Positions 17,702 to 28,147 are shown, counted from the first letter of the stretch. The stretch: DNA of 48,331 nt from an uncultured Gammaproteobacteria bacterium (GCA_964539015.1 CAZIHD010000002.1:1-48331); one strand, 5' to 3'. Numbers and translations are program-made. Notes: generated by a model from the sequence alone, not told the origin.

Positions 17702-18808
17702 CTAATAATTAATTTTTGATTTGATAATAATATTTTCAATAATACCGGTTAAAATAAACAAGGAAAAAATCGAACTGCCGCCGTAACTGATGAATGGCAG
17801 CGACAAACCGACCACTGGCATCATCCCGATATTCATACCAATATTAATAAACATTTGAATAAAAATCAAGCCCGCCGACCCAAGAACGAAATAAATACTA
17901 AAATCATCAGGCAAGCGCTTGACCGCCGTTAAACAGCGGCCAAAGAACAAAGCAAAGAAAAGCAAAACTAAACTTACTCCAAAAAAACCTAATTCTTCAG
18001 CAATAACCGCAAAAATAAAGTCATTTTGCGCTTCTGGTAGGAACTTCAACTGCGATTGCGAACCAAAACCAACTCCTTTACCATGCCAAGAACCGGAGCC
18101 GACGGCAATGATTGCCTGAGAAATATTGTATCCTTCGGCCAAGGAATTTTCACCCGGCCGGAGAAAAGTCATTACTCTTTGTTTTTGATAATCTTTAAAG
18201 AAAAAAGACCAAGCTAAAACCAAAATTATCAAAGAAGCGCCTAAGACCGCCAATAAATACTTTTTCGGAAAGCCGGCTAGAATTACCATAATCAGCCAGA
18301 TAACGCCCAACATTAAAGCGGAACCGAAATCCGGCTGTAAAAGCACTAAAAACATTAAAAAGCCGGCAGTCAAAGCGGAAATAAAAAAATGGCGCAAAGT
18401 CTTAACGTGGGTCGCTAAATCGGCAAAATAACCGGCCAAAAAAATCAACAAAATAATTTTAATCAGTTCGACCGGCTGAATACCAAAACCGCCGATGTAG
18501 AACCAGCCCCTAGTGCCGCGGATACTTGAACCTAAAACCAAGACCGCTCCTAAAATCAAAACGCCGAACGCATAAAGATAACGGCGCAAACTTTTTAAGA
18601 AGCGATAATCAATTAAAGAAAAAGTAAATAAAAGAACCAAACCGATAACAATAAATAAAATCTGCTTATAAAAATTAATCAAATCAAGGTTGCCCTGGCC
18701 GAGAGCGACGCTATAAATTTCCATTAAACCAAAAACGGACAATAAAACTACCGCCGCCAGAAGCAGCCAATCAAATTCTTTAAGATAAAGCTTAACTCGC
18801 GACCACAT
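17702..18808 (-). CDS. SEDS family peptidoglycan glycosyltransferase (FtsW/RodA)
   Basis: It has 10 TM helices. Motifs present: GTRGWF, QPVELIKI and LPFISYGGSS. Confidence 0.9.
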   Translation of the reverse strand: MWSRVKLYLKEFDWLLLAAVVLLSVFGLMEIYSVALGQGNLDLINFYKQILFIVIGLVLLFTFSLIDYRFLKSLRRYLYAFGVLILGAVLVLGSSIRGTRGWFYIGGFGIQPVELIKIILLIFLAGYFADLATHVKTLRHFFISALTAGFLMFLVLLQPDFGSALMLGVIWLIMVILAGFPKKYLLAVLGASLIILVLAWSFFFKDYQKQRVMTFLRPGENSLAEGYNISQAIIAVGSGSWHGKGVGFGSQSQLKFLPEAQNDFIFAVIAEELGFFGVSLVLLFFALFFGRCLTAVKRLPDDFSIYFVLGSAGLIFIQMFINIGMNIGMMPVVGLSLPFISYGGSSIFSLFILTGIIENIIIKSKINY

Positions 18809-18811
18809 AAA

Positions 18812-19741
18812 TTATTTAGTGCTGGTGCCGCTAACACCGGTATAAGGCAGATAAATCTGGCCATCAAGAATATTAAGATCGGGCGTTATTTCTACACGGC
18901 TGGCGCGCTCGCTGCCGGCCGGCCAAGATATGCTTATCGTCCGGCTTTCTGCCGACATAAAATTGTCGATATTATAAGAATTAACACCTACCGGCGAATT
19001 TCCGCTGAACAGGATAATATCTACAGGCACGCGGGTGTAATTATAGGGGGTATTATTAATAATCTTAAAGCTTAAAGCATGGAAAGAAGTTTTGGCGCCG
19101 CCGCTCGGAGCCGAATATTTAATATCGCTGACCGGCAGGTCAAGGCGCGAACGGGCATAGCTCGTCCAATCAGGAATTGAATGCGCATCCAAGCGCTGCC
19201 AGAAATTATTGGTCAGCACCAGTTTAGCTTCATTCGGAACGCTGTCCAATTCTTTCCCGGCTAAGAGCAGATATTTTTCTTCACCCGGCAAGATAAAGTT
19301 GGCGCCGCAGACGATATTTTGGCCGGCGGCAGTTTGCAGGCAATAATTAAAATTACTGAAGTGCTTATCGTTTAAATTTTTAAGACGGATTAAAAAATCA
19401 TATTTTCCTTGGACGGAAAAAATAGAAACAGCTCCGATTTCCATCTCTTTCGGAGTATTGGCGTCACGATAATTCTGGCTTTCCACCTGGCTGGACGCTA
19501 AGCTGGCGGCTAATTCTTGATCGGCTTGGCGGCCATACAAAAAATAAAAGATGTAATTATAAGTTGAATAAATAAACATCGCCGCCGAAGCGACAATCAA
19601 GATAATTATGATGGCTTTAATAATTTTGCGGCGGTTAAGCGAAAGCCAAAGGCCGAAATGCATCCTCTGCAAAGTTAAGCCGTTCGGATCTTCGTATTTT
19701 TTTAAATCAAGGCCGGGCTTCGCCCTATCTTTCTGTTCCAT
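18812..19741 (-). CDS. Hypothetical membrane-anchored protein
   Basis: It has one N-terminal TM helix. No family was recognised. It is tightly coupled to the SEDS gene. Confidence 0.5.
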   Translation of the reverse strand: MEQKDRAKPGLDLKKYEDPNGLTLQRMHFGLWLSLNRRKIIKAIIIILIVASAAMFIYSTYNYIFYFLYGRQADQELAASLASSQVESQNYRDANTPKEMEIGAVSIFSVQGKYDFLIRLKNLNDKHFSNFNYCLQTAAGQNIVCGANFILPGEEKYLLLAGKELDSVPNEAKLVLTNNFWQRLDAHSIPDWTSYARSRLDLPVSDIKYSAPSGGAKTSFHALSFKIINNTPYNYTRVPVDIILFSGNSPVGVNSYNIDNFMSAESRTISISWPAGSERASRVEITPDLNILDGQIYLPYTGVSGTSTK

Positions 19742-19746
19742 AAATA

Positions 19747-19755
19747 TGATATAAT
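19747..19755 (+). promoter_or_regulatory. Extended -10 TGATATAAT (aldolase gene)
   Basis: An exact TGnTATAAT box 51 nt upstream of the ATG at 19807. Confidence 0.5.
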
Positions 19756-19768
19756 TAAGAATAATCTG

Positions 19769-19777
19769 ATTATAGCA
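19769..19777 (-). promoter_or_regulatory. Extended -10 TGCTATAAT (18812-19741 operon)
   Basis: This is the reverse complement of attatagca, 27 nt upstream of the ATG at 19741. Confidence 0.5.
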
Positions 19778-19806
19778 TAACTTTTTAAGTTTTTAAATTA
19801 AATCGT

Positions 19807-20763
19807 ATGAAAAATTTTTCCGTGCCCTTATCCGTGCCGGCCAGCCAGCGCCGCACCTATCGCCAAAACTTTTCTTTAGCGACGCAAGGCAGTGGCCGCC
19901 TTTTCTTATTCGCCGGCGACCAGAAAGTTGAACATCTTAACGATGATTTTTACGGATCCGGGATTACAGCCGAAGACGCTTCGCCCGAACATTTATTCCA
20001 AATCGCTTCGCAAGTTCCCGACGCCGTCTTAGCCGCTCATCTCGGCTTATTATCCCGCTACGGTCAAGATTATCGCCAGCTGCCTTTTATTCTAAAAATT
20101 AACGGCAAGACTTCCCTTTCCGGAGAAAAAGATGAATTATATAGCGGCGCTTGGCTGGATATGGCAGAATTTATCCGTTTCCAAAAACAAAGCGGTCTGA
20201 AAATTGTCGGTTTTGGCTATACGATTTATCTCGGCAGCCGCCAGGAAGCGCGGATGCTTAAAGAAGCGGCGGCCATGGTTCAAGCTGCCCACCAAGCCGG
20301 TTTGCTCGCCGTCATTTGGATGTATCCGCGCAATTCAAAAATAAAAAATGATGAAGATTGGCATCTGCTCGCGGGCGGTGCCGGTGTCGCCGCTTGTTTG
20401 GATGCGGATTTTGTTAAAATAAAATATCCTTATCATACGGCTAATACCGATAAAAAAGCGGAGGCGTTTCAGGAAGTTATCCAAGCCGCCGGCCGTACGC
20501 GCGTTATCTGCGTCGGCGGTAGCCGCCAGCCGGCTGAAGATTTGCTTAAACATCTGACCAGACAAATTAAAAACGGTTCTTCCGGCTTAGCCATCGGCCG
20601 CAATCTTCACCAACGCCCTCTTAAAGAAGCAGTGGTTTTAGGCCGCGCCATCGGCGCAATCCTGCATCAAAATATTGATTATCAGTCCGCGTGTAAACTT
20701 TTAAAAAAACAGCCGGTCGGAAAGAAAGTAATTCGAAAAAATAAAATTCTCGGTTTGTTTTAA
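19807..20763 (+). CDS. Class I aldolase, DhnA/FbaB (DeoC/LacD-like) family
   Basis: It has a TIM-barrel aldolase pattern with DADFVKIKYP, the candidate Schiff-base Lys region. It is 318 aa. Confidence 0.6.
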   Translation: MKNFSVPLSVPASQRRTYRQNFSLATQGSGRLFLFAGDQKVEHLNDDFYGSGITAEDASPEHLFQIASQVPDAVLAAHLGLLSRYGQDYRQLPFILKINGKTSLSGEKDELYSGAWLDMAEFIRFQKQSGLKIVGFGYTIYLGSRQEARMLKEAAAMVQAAHQAGLLAVIWMYPRNSKIKNDEDWHLLAGGAGVAACLDADFVKIKYPYHTANTDKKAEAFQEVIQAAGRTRVICVGGSRQPAEDLLKHLTRQIKNGSSGLAIGRNLHQRPLKEAVVLGRAIGAILHQNIDYQSACKLLKKQPVGKKVIRKNKILGLF

Positions 20764-20783
20764 TCTATATTTTTTACTTATTT

Positions 20784-20811
20784 AAAAAAGGCGCTTTTAA
20801 GCGCCTTTTTT
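20784..20811. terminator. Bidirectional terminator between convergent genes
   Basis: aaaaaaggcgc-ttttaa-gcgcctttttt. Confidence 0.75.
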
Positions 20812-20830
20812 AAATAAAACATTTTAGTTT

Positions 20831-22303
20831 TTATTGTACCACCTCAACTTTAATCCGGTCAGCCAGACTGGGGGCACGATTGATAAAGCTTGGAGAAAAC
20901 TTTAATTCATAAGTTTCTATTTCCGGAAAAGTATGCAAGTATTCGGAAATCTGCGCCTGTTTTAGATTGACCAGTTTCCGCCGATCAACGATATCGGCAT
21001 CGGTGCGTAAAGACATACTGCTCTTAAAATCAGCGATTACGGTCGCGGTCTTCGCCGACACGTCAAAAGTTTCCAAACGATAATTTACCGCCTGGCTGTC
21101 AAAAGCGGAGAGTTCTTTGTCATCAGGCAAAAGAAAAGCTAATTTTGCTTTAACCAGCGCTTCCGCCTGTTTTTTGGAAAAAGAAGCAATGGTAATATTA
21201 TTTTCTGCAGATACTGTAAATTCCGCTTTTTCTTCTCCGACTTTGGCGCCGAGCTTGACGGTGGCGGCATCATCATCCAAAGAATAAGCAAAAGCTTTAG
21301 AATCGTCGCTCTTTCGTTCGGCCAAAAGATTATCTGCTTTCACGGCTAAAGTCTGTTTAATATCGCTAGTCGCCTGATCAAGATCGCTTTGTTTAACATA
21401 ATGCTTGACCTGATGGCGATATTCAAAAGCATCTTCGCTGGTCGCATAAATCTGATTCTGCAGGCCAAGCCAAAGGCCGGGAATAGTAAAACGAGTCGGG
21501 GCGATCGCCATCGCTTCCGTCGGCTGGTCGGCATACACTTCGGCTTTAACGGTGCCGCCGGCCGGAACATTAACCGCTTCTTTAAGGCGGAATAATTTAT
21601 TATCTTGGCTTAATAAGCGGGTTTTCGCCACTAAGGGCTGATCTTTAATATATTCGTTATGCAAAGTAACTTCTCCGGCCACTTCTTCGCCTAAAATTTC
21701 TTCACCGCTGGCTTCATAAACTTTTTCCGCGCTCACCGGAACTGTTTGAATGTCACCGGCTAAGAAACGCCCGCTCGTCGTGCTCACGGCCGATTGACCA
21801 TTGTCGGTCGGGGCGATATTAATGGTCAGGCTATCGGCAATCGCTTCCGCGCTAGGATGTAAAGTGATTTTTAAACTGGGCAGAAAAAAATAAGCGACGA
21901 CAAGGAATAAAAGAATAGTCAGTCCGACGAATTGGAAAGCAATCCGGCGGTATAGATTCAAAGATTTATGCGATTTAACTGTTTTATCTTCCGGGACGGT
22001 TGGTAATTTTCCGGTTAAAGAAAAATCGGCCTTCTTATCCTTCATTTCGGCCACGAGGTCGGAATAAAATTTCTGCCGGACATCCAAGCTCGCCCGCTCT
22101 TCGGCGTTGTCTTCGGGCAGGCCGCCGCCGGTCGGATTTTGAAAAAGCACCTCTTCATCATCAGCGATGACATCAACCGTAATCGGCCTGGCTTTCGGCC
22201 AAGGCTTATTTTTCTTTTCAATCTTTTCTGCTTTGTCCGCTTTTTTAACGCGCGGTTTTTTTACAGCCGTTTTTTTAACTGGCTCTTTTTTAAGTTTAGG
22301 CAT
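20831..22303 (-). CDS. Hypothetical Lys-rich, single-TM protein
   Basis: The ATG at 22303 is preceded by GGAGG (22318-22314) at 10-nt spacing. The ORF track's longer start at 22324 is TTG. No family was recognised. Confidence 0.55.
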   Translation of the reverse strand: MPKLKKEPVKKTAVKKPRVKKADKAEKIEKKNKPWPKARPITVDVIADDEEVLFQNPTGGGLPEDNAEERASLDVRQKFYSDLVAEMKDKKADFSLTGKLPTVPEDKTVKSHKSLNLYRRIAFQFVGLTILLFLVVAYFFLPSLKITLHPSAEAIADSLTINIAPTDNGQSAVSTTSGRFLAGDIQTVPVSAEKVYEASGEEILGEEVAGEVTLHNEYIKDQPLVAKTRLLSQDNKLFRLKEAVNVPAGGTVKAEVYADQPTEAMAIAPTRFTIPGLWLGLQNQIYATSEDAFEYRHQVKHYVKQSDLDQATSDIKQTLAVKADNLLAERKSDDSKAFAYSLDDDAATVKLGAKVGEEKAEFTVSAENNITIASFSKKQAEALVKAKLAFLLPDDKELSAFDSQAVNYRLETFDVSAKTATVIADFKSSMSLRTDADIVDRRKLVNLKQAQISEYLHTFPEIETYELKFSPSFINRAPSLADRIKVEVVQ

Positions 22304-22382
22304 AAGCTTGTTTCCTCCGGACAAGCCGGATATATAAAGAAGAATAATATCGCCTCCGATGAAGAGCGACTTGATCTTTTTT

Positions 22383-22391
22383 ATTATATCA
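22383..22391 (-). promoter_or_regulatory. Extended -10 TGATATAAT
   Basis: This is the reverse complement of attatatca, between the dnaE stop and the next gene. Confidence 0.4.
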
Positions 22392-22411
22392 GATTTTTAT
22401 CCGCCTCACAA

Positions 22412-25400
22412 TTATTTTTTATCTTCCGGCTCGACTACCTGCACTGAATCAGCCAATTCTAAGCGTAAACGGGCACGCAGATCCGAGCAATTATCAACTA
22501 AGAAAGCGGTTTTTAAAACATGGTCTTCCCTGCCTGCCGGCACGCGCAGATAAACCGGGTTGGAGCCGGGATAAGTTCTGAGAATGCTTTTTAAAATTGC
22601 CTGCTGTTCTGGACTGGGCGGACGCCGAAAAGCTAAGCGTAAAGACGGCTCCGAGATTATAACTTTTTTTTCTATTACCGGCGGTGTGAATTTAACCGGC
22701 GTCTTGGCTGGCGCCTTGGCGTAAGCCGTTGGCCGCGACCAAGTTTCGCCGCCGTTCTGAGCATGCCGCCAGCGATTATTTTCTTTATTGGCTAAAAGTG
22801 TTCGTTTAAAATTATCCAGAGATTCCTGGGGATTATCCGGCTGGAGCGGTCCGGCTTGATCAACTAAAATTTTTAAATCAGCATCTTTTTCCGATAAGCG
22901 GCCGCGGGCAATGACCAAACAGCCGTCTTTCCATAACTCTAAAGTATTTTTTAATAGCCCCGGAAAAACTAATAATTCCACGCTTCCACCCTTATCTTCA
23001 ATCTTAACAAAAAGCATTGATTCGCCCTTGCGGGTGATTATTTTTTTCAGGCTGGTGATAACGCCGGCCACCACGACATAATCATCGCCGCGATGCTGGC
23101 CGAGCCGCATTAAAGGAATACAAAAATCTTTCAAATAAGCGCTGAACATGGAGAGAGGGTTGTCGCTGATATAAAGGCCGAGCAATTCTTTTTCCCAAGA
23201 TAATTTTTCAATCGGAGCCGCCGGATCGGCCGGTGTCAATTGCGGCCGCGAGAGATTACTGAAACCGGAAGCATCGCTGAAAAGGCTGGCCTGACGGCTT
23301 TCCTGCTGCTTGGAAATTTCTTTGTTAAAAAGCAAGAACCTCTCCAAATTCGCCAAAAGCTGGCCGCGTTCGCCAAAGCTATCCAAAGCGCCGCTCTTCA
23401 TCAAGCTTTCCAGTGATTTCTTATTCAAATCTTTGTCATTTACTCTTTCCAGCAAATCAAAAATATCAGCATACGGTCCGTTCTGCTTGCGTTCCGCAAT
23501 AATGACTTCCACAATATGTTCGCCCAGATTTTTAATCGCGTTCAGCCCGAAGCGGATTGTGTCCACTTTCTCGCCGGCGGCGGCGATGCGATTTTCCTTA
23601 GTGCCGGCTGTAACGACGGTGAAAGAATCAAAAGATTCATTAAGATCCGGCGCCATCACCTTTAAGCCCATGCTCCGGCATTCTTCAATTTCAATCGCTA
23701 CCCGATCGCTATCATGCTGATCGGAGGTCAACAGAGCCGCCATGAACTCTACCGGCCAATGCGCCTTCAGATAAGCCGTCTGGTAGCCAATTAAGGCATA
23801 GCAGGCGGCGTGGCTGCGATTGAAGCCGTAACCGGCGAATGGTTCGATAAAAGAAAAAACTTTTTCTGCCAATTCTTTATAAATTCCATTTTTTACACAG
23901 CCGTCAATAAACTTCTCTTTCTGTTCAGCCAGTAAAGCGGCGATCTTTTTACCCATGGCTTTGCGCAAGACATCGGCTTGCCCGGGCGTAAAACCGGCGA
24001 GAGCGCGGGAAATCTGCATCACTTGTTCTTGATAGATGGCAACACCGTAGGTGCGCGCTAAAATCGGCTCCAGCTTTGGATGAAGGTAAACAACTTTTTT
24101 TGTTCCGTGCTTGCCGGCAATATAATCAGGAATCCACTCCATCGGCCCGGGGCGATAAAGAGCGACCATAGCGATAATATCTTCAAATTCATTCGGCTTA
24201 AGTTCGCGCAGATAACGCTTCATACCCGAAGATTCAAACTGAAAAACGCCGGTCGTTTCCCCTTGCTGGAATAAACGATAAGCGGCGGCATCATCTAAGG
24301 GCAGGTTATCAATATTTATTTCCAGCCCGCGCGTCTTCTTGATGATGCGCAAAGCTGATTCAATAATTGTTAAATTTTTCAAACCGAGAAAATCCATCTT
24401 TAAGAGTCCGAGATCTTCGACCGGATGCAAAGAATACTGGGAAATAATACTCTTATCGGACGAAGAAGCGTATTGGATCGGCACATATTCAGTTAAAGGC
24501 TTCGGCGTAATCAGAACACCGCAGGCATGCGTGGAAGAATGGCGGGCGACGCCCTCCAGGCGTTTGGCATAATCCAAAATCCGTTTCGCTTCCGGCTCGT
24601 TCTGATACATTTCCTTTACTTCCGGCACTTCTTTCAGAGCTTCGTCTAAAGAGGTGAACATCGGAATGCTTTTGGAAAGCCGATCGCAAAAATCATAAGG
24701 AATGCCGAGGACGCGGCCGACATCGCGGATTGCCGCTCGAGCCGCCATGGTACCGAAGGTAATAATCTGAGCAACATGATCTTGGCCGTATTTTTGACCG
24801 ACATAATCAAGCACATCGCCGCGGCGGATATCGGCGAAGTCCATATCGATATCCGGCATGGAAATACGATCCGGATTAAGAAAACGTTCAAACAGCAAAT
24901 CATACTGCAAAGGATCAAGATTGGTGATTCCGGTAAGGTAGCAGATCAAAGAACCGGCGGCGCTGCCGCGGCCCGGACCAACAACAATCTTATTGTCTTT
25001 AGCCCAATTAACAAAATCGGAAACGATTAAAAAATAAGAAGGCCAACCCATCTTCGTCACCACGCTAAGCTCATAATTCAAACGCTCTAAAATTTTTTCT
25101 TTGACCAAGCCTTGAGGCAAATCTTTATAGCCGGCAGACAGCTGATAATCATCGCCTGATTTTACTAAACCGTATTTTTTTTCCAAGCCGAGTTCGCAAA
25201 GATGGCGGAGATAAGTATTACCATCATAGCCTTCGGGCACCTCGAAATAAGGCAATTGAATTTCTCCAAGCGGAATTTCCAAATTGCACATCTCGGCAAT
25301 TTTAACAGTATTAGTGATTGCTTCCGGCACGTGGGCGAAAACGCGCTCCATTTCGGCGGCTGGACGCATGGAATAATCACCCTTGCCCATCATCCGCATC

Positions 25401-26101
25401 CGATCAACATCATCGACTTTCTTTTTATTCTGCAGACAAAGTAAAATATCCTGAGCTTCCGCATCTTCGGGTTTAAAATAATGAACATCGTTTGTTGCGA
25501 CCAGCGGCACCCCTAATTCTTTGGAAAAAGCGATTAATTGATTATTAATCTTATCCTGGCCTTCAAGTTCAGGATGATCCATTATTTCCAGATAATAATG
25601 ATCGGGACCGAAAAGTTCGCTATATTCCAAAATCCGCTTTTTTGCTTTATCTAGTTCACCATTTAAAATCAGCTGCGAAATCTCGCCGCCCAGGCAAGCG
25701 CTGGAAGCGATAATGCCTTCGTGATATTGAGTCAATAATTCCCAATCAAGGCGCGGTTTATAATAAAAACCCTCCAGGTGCGCGGCAGATACCAGCTTAA
25801 TCAGATTTTTATAACCGGTATTATTCTCGGCCAGCAGAAGTAAATGATAGCTGCGGCCGTCGGCGCGCGTATGCTTGTCAAAACGCGAGGCCGGCGCCAA
25901 ATAAGCTTCAACGCCGATAATCGGCTTTACCCCCGCTTTCTTGCATTTTTGATAAAATTCAATAACGCCATAAAGCACGCCGTGGTCGGTAATTGCCACC
26001 GCGTTCGAGCCTTCTTCTTTGGCTCGGTTAATCAGCTCGTCCAGCTTAGTCAGGCCGTCAAGCAAAGAATAATGAGTATGGTTGTGGAGATGGACAAACA
26101 T
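22412..26101 (-). CDS. dnaE: DNA polymerase III alpha subunit
   Basis: PHP domain HLHNHTHYSLLDG, polymerase core and OB fold. The ATG at 26101 is preferred because the candidate -10 at 26118-26126 lies inside the longer ORF, which reaches 26155. Confidence 0.95.
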   Translation of the reverse strand: MFVHLHNHTHYSLLDGLTKLDELINRAKEEGSNAVAITDHGVLYGVIEFYQKCKKAGVKPIIGVEAYLAPASRFDKHTRADGRSYHLLLLAENNTGYKNLIKLVSAAHLEGFYYKPRLDWELLTQYHEGIIASSACLGGEISQLILNGELDKAKKRILEYSELFGPDHYYLEIMDHPELEGQDKINNQLIAFSKELGVPLVATNDVHYFKPEDAEAQDILLCLQNKKKVDDVDRMRMMGKGDYSMRPAAEMERVFAHVPEAITNTVKIAEMCNLEIPLGEIQLPYFEVPEGYDGNTYLRHLCELGLEKKYGLVKSGDDYQLSAGYKDLPQGLVKEKILERLNYELSVVTKMGWPSYFLIVSDFVNWAKDNKIVVGPGRGSAAGSLICYLTGITNLDPLQYDLLFERFLNPDRISMPDIDMDFADIRRGDVLDYVGQKYGQDHVAQIITFGTMAARAAIRDVGRVLGIPYDFCDRLSKSIPMFTSLDEALKEVPEVKEMYQNEPEAKRILDYAKRLEGVARHSSTHACGVLITPKPLTEYVPIQYASSSDKSIISQYSLHPVEDLGLLKMDFLGLKNLTIIESALRIIKKTRGLEINIDNLPLDDAAAYRLFQQGETTGVFQFESSGMKRYLRELKPNEFEDIIAMVALYRPGPMEWIPDYIAGKHGTKKVVYLHPKLEPILARTYGVAIYQEQVMQISRALAGFTPGQADVLRKAMGKKIAALLAEQKEKFIDGCVKNGIYKELAEKVFSFIEPFAGYGFNRSHAACYALIGYQTAYLKAHWPVEFMAALLTSDQHDSDRVAIEIEECRSMGLKVMAPDLNESFDSFTVVTAGTKENRIAAAGEKVDTIRFGLNAIKNLGEHIVEVIIAERKQNGPYADIFDLLERVNDKDLNKKSLESLMKSGALDSFGERGQLLANLERFLLFNKEISKQQESRQASLFSDASGFSNLSRPQLTPADPAAPIEKLSWEKELLGLYISDNPLSMFSAYLKDFCIPLMRLGQHRGDDYVVVAGVITSLKKIITRKGESMLFVKIEDKGGSVELLVFPGLLKNTLELWKDGCLVIARGRLSEKDADLKILVDQAGPLQPDNPQESLDNFKRTLLANKENNRWRHAQNGGETWSRPTAYAKAPAKTPVKFTPPVIEKKVIISEPSLRLAFRRPPSPEQQAILKSILRTYPGSNPVYLRVPAGREDHVLKTAFLVDNCSDLRARLRLELADSVQVVEPEDKK

Positions 26102-26117
26102 ATATGATCTTAAATTG

Positions 26118-26126
26118 ACTATATCA
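26118..26126 (-). promoter_or_regulatory. Extended -10-like TGATATAGT upstream of dnaE
   Basis: This is the reverse complement of actatatca, 16 nt upstream of the ATG at 26101. Confidence 0.35.
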
Positions 26127-26228
26127 ATTTTAGCACCGCTCGACAATCTTGCCAAAGGATCGTAATTTTGTCTGAAACAGACAAAAAAAGAGGCTTAAAC
26201 CTCCTTTTCCGTATCTAAAAAATCACTA

Positions 26229-27107
26229 TTATTCTTCAATTTTTTCCAAAATATTGCCTAGCTCTTCTTCGCTATAAAAATCTAAAACGACGCGGCCGCC
26301 CCGGCCGGCGCGGATAATTTTAGCCTTAGTGCCGAAGAAGGAGCGCAATTTTTCTTCTTTGGCTTGATCGGCATAATTAATAATTACCCGAGCTGCTTTG
26401 GTGCCACCCAAACGCCTAGTTTCTTCCTGAGTTTGAGCCACGGACAGATTCTGATTGAGAATTTTTTTAAATAAAATTGCTTGCTGAGCGGGATTAGCAA
26501 TACCAAGCAGATATTTGGCGTGCGCCTCCGTAATACGGCCGGCGCTAAGAGCTTCCTGAATTTCTATCGGCAAATCCAAAAGACGCAAAGTATTGGCCAA
26601 GCTAGAGCGAGCTTTCCCTACTTTCTGTGCCGTTTCTTCCTGAGTAAGGTCAAATTCATCCATTAAACGGCGATAGGCGCGAGCCGTTTCTACCGGATCT
26701 AAATCTTGGCGCTGTAAATTTTCAATCAAAGCCAATTCTAATTTTTTCTGTTCGCTTGCCTCCCGAATCAAAGCCGGAACCGTTTTTAAACCTAAGGCTT
26801 TAGCGCTCCGCCAGCGGCGTTCGCCGGCAATCAATTCATAAGCATCGCCCTGGCGAGTGACAACGAGCGGCTGGAGGATGCCATGCTCTTTTATCGAATC
26901 CATTAATTCCCGCAAAGAAACTTCGCTGAAATTATGGCGCGGCTGATAAGGATTCATCACGATCTCATCCGGATTAATATGAAACACCCGGTCAGAATCG
27001 GCGATCACAATTTGCGGCAGCACTTCCGCCCCGCTATTGGTATTATCGGCATTGAAAGTTTTTTTGGGAATCAAGGAGCCTAAGCCCCGGCCTAAAGCTT
27101 GCGACAT
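26229..27107 (-). CDS. parB: Chromosome partitioning protein ParB
   Basis: Motifs present: GRGLGSLIP and GERRWRSAKALGL. The ATG at 27107 is preferred to the TTG at 27173. Confidence 0.9.
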   Translation of the reverse strand: MSQALGRGLGSLIPKKTFNADNTNSGAEVLPQIVIADSDRVFHINPDEIVMNPYQPRHNFSEVSLRELMDSIKEHGILQPLVVTRQGDAYELIAGERRWRSAKALGLKTVPALIREASEQKKLELALIENLQRQDLDPVETARAYRRLMDEFDLTQEETAQKVGKARSSLANTLRLLDLPIEIQEALSAGRITEAHAKYLLGIANPAQQAILFKKILNQNLSVAQTQEETRRLGGTKAARVIINYADQAKEEKLRSFFGTKAKIIRAGRGGRVVLDFYSEEELGNILEKIEE

Positions 27108-27173
27108 ATATTTTTTAGCTAAGATATTTTTTGATTGATAGTGGCGATTAAAACGTCTTTTAGAGCCATACAA

Positions 27174-27935
27174 TTATTCTAAAGCAATAACTTCCTGAGC
27201 TAAACTTTCATAAGCTTTGGCGCCGCTTGATTTGGGATCGTAATGGAGGATACTGCGGCCATAACTTGGAGCTTCGGCGAGCTTGACCCCGCGCGGAATA
27301 ATCGATTCAAAAATCTTGCCCGGAAAAAATTTATGCAGTTCTTCCAAAACCGCTCCGGACAATTTATTGCGCCGATCAAACATCGTTACCACCGCCCCCA
27401 TAATATTTAAGGACGGCTTCAAATTATCCTGCACTAATTTTACGGTTTCCAATAATTGTCCCAAACCTTCTAAGGCATAATATTCACTCTGGATCGGGAT
27501 TAAGACCGAGTCGGCCGCCACCAAACTATTCACCGTTAATAAACCAAGCGAAGGCGGGCCGTCCACGATGATATAATCATATTCTTTCCGTAACTCTTCC
27601 AATAATAAAGCCAGACGGAATTCACGGTTTTCCAAAGAAACCATCTCAATTCCGGCGCCAGCCAAAGAAACGGTGGCGGGAGCCACGCTATAATGGGGCT
27701 GAATCGTTCGTTTAATCACGGAATAAAGGGGCTTTTGCCCAAGTAAAGCCTCATAAATACCGGCTTCCAGTTTCTGGTGTTCAATACCAAGCCCGGAAGT
27801 GGCGTTAGCCTGCGGATCAAGGTCAACTAACAAAACCTCCTTGCCGGCAGCGGCCAAATAAGCGCCTAAATTGACGGCGGTTGTAGTTTTTCCCACTCCG
27901 CCTTTTTGATTAACAACGGCAATAATCTTTCCCAT
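27174..27935 (-). CDS. parA: Chromosome partitioning ATPase ParA/Soj
   Basis: It has the deviant Walker A motif KGGVGKTTTAVNL. Confidence 0.93.
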   Translation of the reverse strand: MGKIIAVVNQKGGVGKTTTAVNLGAYLAAAGKEVLLVDLDPQANATSGLGIEHQKLEAGIYEALLGQKPLYSVIKRTIQPHYSVAPATVSLAGAGIEMVSLENREFRLALLLEELRKEYDYIIVDGPPSLGLLTVNSLVAADSVLIPIQSEYYALEGLGQLLETVKLVQDNLKPSLNIMGAVVTMFDRRNKLSGAVLEELHKFFPGKIFESIIPRGVKLAEAPSYGRSILHYDPKSSGAKAYESLAQEVIALE

Positions 27936-28015
27936 ATAAGAAAAACGGCAATCTTAGTAAAAAATGGATAAAATTTAAATTCAAGACAAATTTATTATAT
28001 ATTAAATAAATGCCT

Positions 28016-28044
28016 TTGACAATTGATTCTATATTTATTATACT
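28016..28044 (+). promoter_or_regulatory. tRNA-Leu promoter
   Basis: -35 TTGACA (28016-28021), a 17-nt spacer, then -10 TATACT (28039-28044). It lies about 20 nt upstream of the tRNA. Confidence 0.6.
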
Positions 28045-28063
28045 AAATTTCGTAATTAATATG

Positions 28064-28147
28064 GCCGCGGTGGCGGAACTGGTAGACGCGCACGACTCAA
28101 ACTCGTGTGGGGGCGACTCCGTGAGGGTTCGATTCCCTCTCGCGGCA
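28064..28147 (+). tRNA. tRNA-Leu (anticodon CAA), type II with long variable arm
   Basis: Manual fold: acceptor GCCGCGG/TCGCGGC, anticodon stem CACGA/TCGTG with loop CTCAAAC, and T arm GAGGG-TTCGATT-CCCTC. The discriminator is A. Confidence 0.9.

Noticed and set aside
26102-26155. N-terminal extensions offered by the ORF track (dnaE to 26155, parB to 27173, DUF192 to 10299, DUF3048 to 16997, 20831 gene to 22324)
   Set aside because: Four of them start at TTG (27173, 16997, 22324), overlap the upstream gene (10299) or include a candidate promoter (26155). An internal ATG matches the conserved N-terminus in each case.
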